A stretch of 19,972 nt of DNA from Fidelibacterota bacterium. GTDB taxonomy: Bacteria > Fidelibacterota > Marinisomatia > Marinisomatales > UBA1611. The DNA lies in NCBI GenBank assembly GCA_018674095.1, contig JABHAX010000200.1:1-19972 (forward strand), in the 5' to 3' direction. The position numbers were made by a program, and so were the translations under genes. The notes beneath the pieces are model-generated. The model had not been told where the DNA came from. It searched no databases and worked only from the letters and a program-made list of their open reading frames with translations. Below are positions 13,467 to 19,972 of the stretch, in pieces. Each line of letters starts with the position of its first letter. The first letter of the stretch is position 1.

Positions 13467-13841
13467 TTATAACACCATTCTTTTTATGCCATCTTTTAGA
13501 ACAGGAACATTGAAATTCATTAACATCCCAACTCGAATTCCTGTCAATTTCATATAAGTTAATAATTGCGCTTCTTGTACAGGGATAAGTGACCCTACTG
13601 CTTTTAATTCAATAATCACTTTTTGCTCTACAATTAAATCAATTAGATACCCAGCATCAATTCTAACTCTTTTATACTCTAAGGGTAACTCTATTTGGGA
13701 TTTGAATAAAACGTCCGATAATTCAAATTCTTTCATTAAACATTTTTCATATGATAATTCAAGTAAACCGGGACCTAAGGCCTTATGGACTTCAATTGCG
13801 CATTTAATAATTTTTCTAGTTAATTCTTGTTCTAATAACAT
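13467..13841 (-). CDS. GxxExxY protein (PD-(D/E)XK nuclease superfamily, TIGR04256/PDDEXK_3-like)
   Basis: 124-aa ORF. It has a GLLELSY (GxxExxY) motif and a D...ELK core (DLIVEQKVIIELKA). AGGAG lies 5 nt upstream of the ATG. Confidence 0.85.
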   Translation of the reverse strand: MLLEQELTRKIIKCAIEVHKALGPGLLELSYEKCLMKEFELSDVLFKSQIELPLEYKRVRIDAGYLIDLIVEQKVIIELKAVGSLIPVQEAQLLTYMKLTGIRVGMLMNFNVPVLKDGIKRMVL

Positions 13842-13856
13842 TTTAACTCCTTTTGT

Positions 13857-13921
13857 TTACCACAAAAACATGGAGACAAAGAGAAAATTCTATATGATTT
13901 TATTCTTTGTGTCTTCGTGGT
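13857..13921 (+). repeat. Right copy of the direct repeat plus an imperfect inverted partner
   Basis: TTACCACAAAAACATGGAGACAAAGAGAAAA (13857-13887) is the direct repeat of 13431-13461. TTCTTTGTGTCTTCGTGGT (13903-13921) is its imperfect reverse complement. The outer ACCAC/GTGGT arms match perfectly, so a long imperfect hairpin is possible. Confidence 0.7.
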
Positions 13922-13930
13922 TAAAAATCA

Positions 13931-14872
13931 TTAATGTTTTTCTCCACGCATCATATGAAACGAATGAAATATCGTCGGAATCAAAACCTTCAACGCATCT
14001 TTTACCGCACCAGTACTTCCCGGTAAACATATGATAATTGCACCATTCACAACGCCAGCTGTTAACCGTGATAACATGGCCGTTTTTACTTTTCCCCGAC
14101 CGTAAGCATGAAGCGCCTGTTCAATTCCTGGCAATTTTGAATCAAATATTTCTTCCACAGTTTGGATTGTTAAATCTCTGGGGCCAAGCCCTGTTCCACC
14201 CGTTGTCAGGATTAATTCGACTCCTTTATCAATCCATTCATGAATCGTGGGAACTAGTTTATCTGAACCATCTGAAAAAAAATCATGATGATTTACTTCA
14301 CTCCCCGCTTCAATAAATCCATTCAATAAAATGATACCCGATTTATCTTCACCTTTTTCAGAAGCGATGGAATCACTCAATGTAATAACACCAACTTTTG
14401 GCCGATAATCCGTGGCATGGTCTGATTTTCCACCTACTTTTTCTACCAATTTTATTTCGCTAATTACCATGGATTTATCCACGCTTTTGCACATATCATA
14501 AATGGTGAGTGCCGCTCCAGAGACAGCGGATAACGCTTCCATTTCCACACCGGTAGCTTCTTTTGTCTTAACCGTGGATTTTATCAAAATAGCATCACCT
14601 TCAATTTTAAATTCAATATCCACAAATGATAAATTCAACTGATGGCACATGGGAATCATTTCGGCTGTTTTCTTTGCTGCGTGAATCCCCGCAATTTTTG
14701 CGGTTGTGAGTACATTCCCTTTAGGAAGCGCATCGTTCTGGATGGCAGAAATTGTTTCCGGCAGCATTGTAATTTTGCCTTCGGCTTTGGCCATTCTTGC
14801 AGTGGTAACTTTGTCCGTCACATCCACCATTTTGACATTTCCATGTTTATCTAAATGTGAAAATTCATTCAT
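13931..14872 (-). CDS. moaC: Bifunctional MoaC (cyclic pyranopterin monophosphate synthase) - MogA/MoaB-type MPT adenylyltransferase fusion
   Basis: The N-terminal half has MVDVTDK, AKKTAEMIPMCHQL and TGVEMEAL. The C-terminal half has VGVITLSDS, LILTTGGTGLGPRDLT and LPGSTGAV. Confidence 0.9.
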   Translation of the reverse strand: MNEFSHLDKHGNVKMVDVTDKVTTARMAKAEGKITMLPETISAIQNDALPKGNVLTTAKIAGIHAAKKTAEMIPMCHQLNLSFVDIEFKIEGDAILIKSTVKTKEATGVEMEALSAVSGAALTIYDMCKSVDKSMVISEIKLVEKVGGKSDHATDYRPKVGVITLSDSIASEKGEDKSGIILLNGFIEAGSEVNHHDFFSDGSDKLVPTIHEWIDKGVELILTTGGTGLGPRDLTIQTVEEIFDSKLPGIEQALHAYGRGKVKTAMLSRLTAGVVNGAIIICLPGSTGAVKDALKVLIPTIFHSFHMMRGEKH

Positions 14873-14936
14873 AATATTTTTCTCTGTATTTTAAATTTTT
14901 CCGCAAAGATTTACAAAATTCCCAAAAAATTAATTT

Positions 14937-15983
14937 TTAGCCCCCAATTTGTGTCATGGATTCTCGATTATCATTTCCTTGTTTTTGGGCTTCCCAACCA
15001 TCTTTAAATTTTTTCTTCATTGTACCGTAAATCATTTCTTTAATTATCATATCAGTTTTTCCCGTCCGCATCGCATCCCTTAAATTCGTCTCATCTTGGC
15101 TATATAGACAGTTCAATAATTTTCCATCCGCAGTAATTCGGATTCGATTACACTCACCACACAAACTTCGTGAATAGGCAGGAATCACCGCCACTTTTCC
15201 TTTATAATCATTCACTCGAAAAATATGATGTTCTGTTCGTGACCCATCAATGGGCTTCAACGCATCAACCTGTTTTTTTATGTCTGCAACAATATCATCA
15301 GCCCCATAAAATTTTCCTGTCTTCCAAATCTGGTGAGAATCAAATGGCATGAGTTCAATAAAGCGAACGGTGATGTCATTATCTTTGGTTAATTCCACAA
15401 AATCCATGAGTTCATCATCATTGAAATCACGCATTGCTACAATGTTTAATTTGATTGATTGAATGTTGGACGCCAAGGCTTTCTGAAGACTATTCAAAAC
15501 CATATCTAAACCATCACGGCGTGTGATTTTTTTGAATTTATCAGTATCTAATGTGTCAAGGCTGATATTAATTCCTGATAATCCCGACTTTTCTAATTCT
15601 TCAATTCGTTTAGAAAGTAAAAGACCATTTGTGGTTAAATGCACAGATTCTATTCCTTCGCACTGGTGTGCAAACTGAACCAATTCAGACAAATCTTTTC
15701 GTAATAAAGGTTCACCACCCGTAAACCGAATTTTGGAGACACCCATTTTAGATGTTAATTTTATCAGTCGGAATATTTCTTCTGTAGTAAGGAGCTTGTC
15801 TTCACTGCGGAAATCAATCCCTTCTTCCGGCATGCAATAGATACAACGAAGATTGCATTGTTCATTAAGAGCTAAACGTAAATAGTTGAAGGATCGACCG
15901 AAGCGGTCAATAATGGGTGGCGCGGAATGATCCAGCTCACCATTAATTGGGATGGGTGTAATTATATTTTCTATCATTCTCAT
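14937..15983 (-). CDS. moaA: GTP 3',8-cyclase MoaA (radical SAM)
   Basis: 348-aa ORF. It has the CNLRCIYCMPEEG radical-SAM motif, a C-terminal cluster motif (CGECNRIRITADGKLLNC) and a C-terminal GG. Confidence 0.95.
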   Translation of the reverse strand: MRMIENIITPIPINGELDHSAPPIIDRFGRSFNYLRLALNEQCNLRCIYCMPEEGIDFRSEDKLLTTEEIFRLIKLTSKMGVSKIRFTGGEPLLRKDLSELVQFAHQCEGIESVHLTTNGLLLSKRIEELEKSGLSGINISLDTLDTDKFKKITRRDGLDMVLNSLQKALASNIQSIKLNIVAMRDFNDDELMDFVELTKDNDITVRFIELMPFDSHQIWKTGKFYGADDIVADIKKQVDALKPIDGSRTEHHIFRVNDYKGKVAVIPAYSRSLCGECNRIRITADGKLLNCLYSQDETNLRDAMRTGKTDMIIKEMIYGTMKKKFKDGWEAQKQGNDNRESMTQIGG

Positions 15984-16100
15984 TCCAAGTCACCCCGATT
16001 TTATATCGGGGATCGGGAGCAAATCTTGACGTTTCCATGAAAACCGTACCGGCCTATAACCCTATCTGCAAATCGGCTGACGTAGGTAATTCGGCTAAAA
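15984..16100 (-). promoter_or_regulatory. Probable molybdenum cofactor (Moco) riboswitch in the moaA leader
   Basis: The 148-nt spacer directly 5' of moaA is visibly more GC-rich than its surroundings. Minus-strand RNA: UAGCCGAAUUACCUACGUCAGCCGAUUUGCAGAUAGGGUUAUAGGCCGGUACGGUUUUCAUGGAAACGUCAAGAUUUGCUCCCGAUCCCCGAUAUAAAAUCGGGGUGACUUGGAAUG. The AGCC, GGCC, GGAAAC and CUCCCGA boxes resemble my memory of the Moco motif (RF01055). Two mutually exclusive hairpins compete for AUCGGGG, which overlaps an SD-like GGGGUGA. This has not been verified with a covariance model. Confidence 0.55.
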
Positions 16101-16101
16101 G

Positions 16102-16130
16102 AATATTTTTGATTTATTTAATCAAATCAA
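16102..16130 (-). promoter_or_regulatory. Candidate sigma70-like promoter for the riboswitch/moa transcript
   Basis: On the minus strand, TTGATT (16130-16125) is followed by a 17-nt spacer and AATATT (16107-16102). That would place a transcription start near the AGCCG that begins the structured leader. The match is weak and the background is AT-rich. Confidence 0.3.
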
Positions 16131-16131
16131 T

Positions 16132-17298
16132 TTAATTCAGAATTAATAGGTTTCTCGGCGATTTATCTTTCATTTCAGAAAGAATGCAACCGATCTCTTC
16201 AATCGCCGTGAGAATTTCTTCTTTAGTATTAAATCGTCCAAGGCTAAACCGAATAGACGAATGTGCTATTTCATTATTTAGTGCGATTGCTTTCAATACA
16301 TGGGATGGCTCCAAATTAGTTGTGCTGCATGCAGAACCAGTGGAACAGGCGATCCCTTTCATTTTGATAATAAGTGTTTCTGCATCCAATCCCGGAAAAC
16401 TAATATTAATATTATTCCCCAATCGATATTCCTGACTACCATTAAGTTGCACATCGGGGTGCGCTGTTACAATACCATCAATCAGCATTTTTTGTAAAAT
16501 GGCCATTTTTTCATTTTCCATGGTATTACAAATCTCGATAGCTTTCCCAAATCCAACAATTTGGTGAACCGGCAGAGTGCCAGATCGAAGGCCGTACTCA
16601 TGTCCACCACCGGTAATTTGCGTCGTCATTTTCAATTTTGGGCTTTTACCTTTTACGTATAATAATCCTATCCCTTTTGGTCCATAAATTTTGTGGGCTG
16701 TGGCAGCCAAAAAATCGATTTGCATAGTTTCAACATCAATAGGCAGTTTTCCATAAGATTGGGATGCGTCGACCAAAAAGGTTGCTCTTGAATTTCGACA
16801 AATGGAACCTATCTCCGCAATAGGTTGAATAGTCCCAATTTCATTATTGGCATGCATAATAGCAACTAAAGCTGTGTTATCTCGAATGGCATTTTTCACA
16901 TGGGACGGATCAACTCGACCATCCGTGTACACCGGTAAAATAGTAATATCCCAGCCCTTTTTTGCCATGGCATCACATGTATCCAAAACGGCCTTATGCT
17001 CTGTTGCCTGTGTAATGATATGACCTATTCCCGAGTTTTGTTCACAAATACCCCGAATAGCAAGATTGATGGATTCCGTGGCTCCACTTGTAAAAACTAT
17101 TTCTTTGGGGCGAGCATTAATTTCATTCGCTAAAATTTTACGTGAATTTTCAACAGCTTCTTTCGCATGCCGTCCGAAGGAATGGTGAATACTGGAGGCA
17201 TTCCCAAATTGATCAGATAAATAAGGAATCATTGCATCTTTTACTCTTGAATCAACGGGCGTGGTTGCCTGGTTATCTAAATAAATGGGCTTTATCAT
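16132..17298 (-). CDS. Cysteine desulfurase, NifS/IscS type (class V aminotransferase)
   Basis: 388-aa ORF. Motifs seen: YLDNQATTP, FTSGATESINLAIRG, the PLP lysine context AHKIYGPKGIGLLY, and the active-site loop STGSACSTTNLEPSHVL. Confidence 0.9.
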   Translation of the reverse strand: MIKPIYLDNQATTPVDSRVKDAMIPYLSDQFGNASSIHHSFGRHAKEAVENSRKILANEINARPKEIVFTSGATESINLAIRGICEQNSGIGHIITQATEHKAVLDTCDAMAKKGWDITILPVYTDGRVDPSHVKNAIRDNTALVAIMHANNEIGTIQPIAEIGSICRNSRATFLVDASQSYGKLPIDVETMQIDFLAATAHKIYGPKGIGLLYVKGKSPKLKMTTQITGGGHEYGLRSGTLPVHQIVGFGKAIEICNTMENEKMAILQKMLIDGIVTAHPDVQLNGSQEYRLGNNINISFPGLDAETLIIKMKGIACSTGSACSTTNLEPSHVLKAIALNNEIAHSSIRFSLGRFNTKEEILTAIEEIGCILSEMKDKSPRNLLILN

Positions 17299-17299
17299 C

Positions 17300-18079
17300 T
17301 TATTTTCCCATGGCTTCGCCGGAACCTGAATTCCGGTGCATCACAATTTCGGACATGATGCTTAATGCAATTTCTTCAGCCGTTTGGGCGTTGAGATCCA
17401 ACCCGGCCGGGGAATGAAAATTCGCCATAAATTCGTCCGCTACATTATTTTCTTTCAAATAATCTAAAATCATTCCCGCCTTCTTTTGGCTGGCAATTAC
17501 CGCCACAAATGGGATTCCATGATTTAGCGCACTTAGGGATTGATGATGGTCATCCCGATGGTGGGTGGCCAAAATAAAATAATCCACCGATTCATCGATT
17601 TCATCAAGATCCAATGGATCCGTAAAGATAAGATCCGCAGAATCATACCGATCTTTTTCATCTTCCTGGGTTTGAATCAATACTTTGAAATTCAAGGTCG
17701 CCGCCAATTCGCCCAACACTTCTACTACGCGTCCCATACCGCGGATCAATATTGTTTGGGAGCGATATTGGGGTTCAACAAAAACTGTCATCATACCTCC
17801 ACATGGTATGCCTAATTGCATATCATCACTGTCTAAGTTTACATTAATTATCCTAGTTTTATTATCCACCAAGGATTCTACAACCGTTTGGCCAACGCGG
17901 TTTTCCACACAACCACCGCCGATATAACCGACAATCCGTTTCCCTTTTTCATCATAAATCGCTTTGTCTCCAGGCTTCGCCGATGTGGACCCTTTCACCG
18001 CAATAATTGTGGCAATGGCAAAAGACACATTTCCACTTTTTAGATTTTCCATTACCTTAAATATATTTTTATGTGACAT
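17300..18079 (-). CDS. xdhC: XdhC/CoxI-family molybdenum cofactor insertion/sulfuration chaperone
   Basis: 259-aa ORF. It has an N-terminal XdhC_CoxI-like region (FAIATIIAVKGSTSAKPGDKAIY...GYIGGGCVE) and a C-terminal Rossmann-like region (ILIRGMGRVVEVLGELA). Its stop lies 1 nt before the desulfurase start. Confidence 0.85.
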   Translation of the reverse strand: MSHKNIFKVMENLKSGNVSFAIATIIAVKGSTSAKPGDKAIYDEKGKRIVGYIGGGCVENRVGQTVVESLVDNKTRIINVNLDSDDMQLGIPCGGMMTVFVEPQYRSQTILIRGMGRVVEVLGELAATLNFKVLIQTQEDEKDRYDSADLIFTDPLDLDEIDESVDYFILATHHRDDHHQSLSALNHGIPFVAVIASQKKAGMILDYLKENNVADEFMANFHSPAGLDLNAQTAEEIALSIMSEIVMHRNSGSGEAMGK

Positions 18080-18650
18080 TGATCCCTGCCTTTAAACTGT
18101 CCTGTGTATCATAATCTTGAAAAATCGCATCGGATTCAATTTCAATTTTAACTACACTCGATGGGTTTTCATGGATGACCTTTTTTGCGCCAAAATCACC
18201 GGACAATACCATTAATTCATCTCGGAATTTTGAACCAAAGAAAACAGGATTTCCTTGGCGACCCTTTTTCTCCGGGATGACAATGTTTTCCGAAGATCCA
18301 TGGTCAATAATTAGATTAATCAATTCGGCTGTGATGAGTGGCATGTCTCCCAATAGTATGAGATATCCATCAACTTGGTGCATTTGACCAACCCCTGCAA
18401 CAATGGATGAAGCAATCCCAGTTTTCCATTGTTCGTTTTCTATATATTGAACATCTTGGTTTGAAATTAATTTTTTAATATTTTCAGATTGCTGCCCAAC
18501 GACCACACCAACATGAGATAAATTTGAAGATTGGGCGGTATCCACCACATGAATCAACATAGGTTTACCTAGAAATCGCATCATTAATTTATTTTCATGT
18601 CCCATTCGAGATGATTCTCCCGCGGCTAAAATGAGTCCTGCAATCTTCAT
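18069..18650 (-). CDS. mocA: MobA-like NTP transferase, probably molybdenum cofactor cytidylyltransferase (MocA)
   Basis: 193-aa ORF starting GLILAAGESSRMG..NKL. As I recall, the AAG form of the N-terminal motif resembles MocA (TAAG) rather than MobA (LAGG). It sits between an XDH-family subunit and xdhC, with an 11-nt overlap with xdhC. Confidence 0.7.
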   Translation of the reverse strand: MKIAGLILAAGESSRMGHENKLMMRFLGKPMLIHVVDTAQSSNLSHVGVVVGQQSENIKKLISNQDVQYIENEQWKTGIASSIVAGVGQMHQVDGYLILLGDMPLITAELINLIIDHGSSENIVIPEKKGRQGNPVFFGSKFRDELMVLSGDFGAKKVIHENPSSVVKIEIESDAIFQDYDTQDSLKAGINVT

Positions 18651-18733
18651 GATTTAACCATGATTATCTAAAAGATTTCCTAAGGCAATCATGCCATTTT
18701 CACTAATATACTCTAACTTGTATTGATAAAATA

Positions 18734-19972
18734 TTAGCCCAATTGAATGGGCAAATTCCGAACTCGATTTCCCGTGGCGGCATAAACCGCATTAACAACC
18801 GCCGGGGCGATTGGGGGCAATCCAGGCTCACCAACACCCTTGGGTGCTTTGTCATTTTCCGCCAAATAAACATGAATTTTTGGTGCTTCATTCATTCGAA
18901 GCACTTCAAAGTCATCAAAGTTGCTTTGGGTTACGCGCCCATTTTTCATGGTGATTTTAGATTTCAGTGTGGCGGATAAACCAAAAATGATTGCACTGGA
19001 AATTTGCGCTTTCACAATGGCAGGATTAATAACGGTACCGCAATCCACGGCGGCAAATACTTCGTGAACTTTTACTTTTTTATTTTCGATTGAAACACGG
19101 GCAACCTGTGCCACCCAAGTCCCAAAAGATTTATGACAAGAAATGCCTTGATACGTGGAACCATTTTGAAAATCATACCACCCGGATTTTTCCACTACCA
19201 TTTTAATCACACCTACATCTCGGGATGAATTTGGTAATAAATCCAATCTGAATTGGACTGGATCTTTTCCTGCTTTTTCCGCTAATTCATCCATGAAACA
19301 TTCGGTGGCAAATGCATTTTGGGAATTATACACTGACCGCCACCATCCCAAAGGAATTGGTGTTTCCGTCATTTGATAATCCACCTGCATATTGGGTATT
19401 TCGTAGGGTAAATGTTTGGCACCTTCCACGGCAATAATATCCGCGTTCTCTTTAAGAGGGAATGGCATTTTTACTATTTGTGTAAATAAAATTGATGGCG
19501 CTACAATACGATGTTTAAAGGTCGTTATATTATTGTTTTGATCGAATGCACCAACCATCACATGAACACTGGATGGCCGATAGTAATCGTGCTGCATATC
19601 TTCTTCGCGGCTCCAAATCATCTTAACCGGTTTTTTCATTTCATTTGAAATCTCGACCGCTTCACTTACATAATCGTTAAAAGCTCTACGTCCAAAACCA
19701 CCACCCAAAAAGGTAACATTCACTTCAACTTGTTTTTTGGATAAACCTGTTATTTTTGAAGCAATTTTCCGAGCGCCATTGGGATCTTGCGTTCCGGCCC
19801 AAACTTCGCATTTATCCTTTTGAACGTATGCGGTACAGTTCATGGGTTCCATGGTGGCATGGGCTTGAAGTGGCGATTCATACATCGCTTCAATAATATT
19901 TTTAGAAGATTTCAGTGCCTTTTTTACATTCCCTTCTTTGCGGACGACTGATCCTTTTTCTTTGCTGGCTTC
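18734..19972 (-). CDS. Xanthine dehydrogenase/aldehyde oxidase family molybdopterin-binding large subunit (IorB-like), 5'-truncated by the window edge
   Basis: The reading frame stays open from 19885 to the window end (EASKEKGSVVRKEGNVKKALKSSKNIIEAMYESPLQAHATMEPMNCTA...). AHATMEP and GVGEPGLPPIAPAV are typical of this family. Only the 413 C-terminal codons are visible. Confidence 0.85.
   Translation of the reverse strand, partial: EASKEKGSVVRKEGNVKKALKSSKNIIEAMYESPLQAHATMEPMNCTAYVQKDKCEVWAGTQDPNGARKIASKITGLSKKQVEVNVTFLGGGFGRRAFNDYVSEAVEISNEMKKPVKMIWSREEDMQHDYYRPSSVHVMVGAFDQNNNITTFKHRIVAPSILFTQIVKMPFPLKENADIIAVEGAKHLPYEIPNMQVDYQMTETPIPLGWWRSVYNSQNAFATECFMDELAEKAGKDPVQFRLDLLPNSSRDVGVIKMVVEKSGWYDFQNGSTYQGISCHKSFGTWVAQVARVSIENKKVKVHEVFAAVDCGTVINPAIVKAQISSAIIFGLSATLKSKITMKNGRVTQSNFDDFEVLRMNEAPKIHVYLAENDKAPKGVGEPGLPPIAPAVVNAVYAATGNRVRNLPIQLG

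Noticed and set aside
10100-13921. Possibility that the repeated spacers form a CRISPR-like array
   Set aside because: The repeats are imperfect and differ in length. They are separated by whole genes rather than by 30-40-nt spacers, and no cas genes are present.
13702-14034. 110-aa plus-strand ORF spanning the GxxExxY gene antisense, the cassette repeats and the end of moaC-mogA
   Set aside because: It crosses two opposite-strand genes and a repeat/hairpin region. The translation is low-complexity and no start signals are present.
16106-16131. AT-only inverted repeat (TGATTtatttaAATCA region) as a terminator after the cysteine desulfurase gene
   Set aside because: The stem is 5 bp with no G-C pairs, so it is far too weak for an intrinsic terminator. 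The region is more plausibly promoter DNA for the moaA leader.

Overview
This is an AT-rich bacterial chromosomal window. All credible genes but one lie on the minus strand, and many are joined by 4-nt ATGA/TTGA overlaps or gaps under 30 nt. I read three blocks.

(1) 254-3463 is a peroxide/redox module. It holds a Fur/PerR-like regulator, a rubrerythrin without a rubredoxin domain, an HdrD/GlpC-like Fe-S protein with CCG domains and a DUF3501 protein. A 64-aa, 9-Cys protein is transcribed divergently.

(2) 3517-9658 carries membrane and redox genes. These are an EamA/DMT permease (with an unlisted 43-aa membrane ORF and an HPP-family remnant at its two ends), a cysteine-free PuuD-like membrane protein, a membrane-anchored FMN/[3Fe-4S] glutamate-synthase-like protein, a tandem USP and an SLC13-type anion permease.

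(3) 9686-19972 is a molybdenum cofactor block. A partial xanthine-dehydrogenase-family large subunit (IorB-like) is followed by mocA-like, xdhC and a cysteine desulfurase. Next comes a GC-richer 148-nt leader that I call a probable Moco riboswitch. After it come moaA, a moaC-mogA fusion, a GxxExxY (PD-(D/E)XK) gene, a TauE/SafE permease, moeA, a rhodanese-moeB fusion, moaD and moaE.

The points most worth a second look:
- The GxxExxY gene is bracketed by 31-nt direct repeats and interrupts the moa operon.
- Two paralogous, structured spacers of about 80-90 nt precede moaD and moaE.
- Two non-ABC anion permeases sit inside or at the end of the riboswitch-fronted Moco operon and are candidate molybdate/tungstate importers.
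- The Rbr/HdrD-like/DUF3501 trio is uncharacterised.
- The membrane FMN/Fe-S protein is paired with a PuuD-like protein.

All family assignments come from motif recognition by eye. No database search or RNA covariance search was run.
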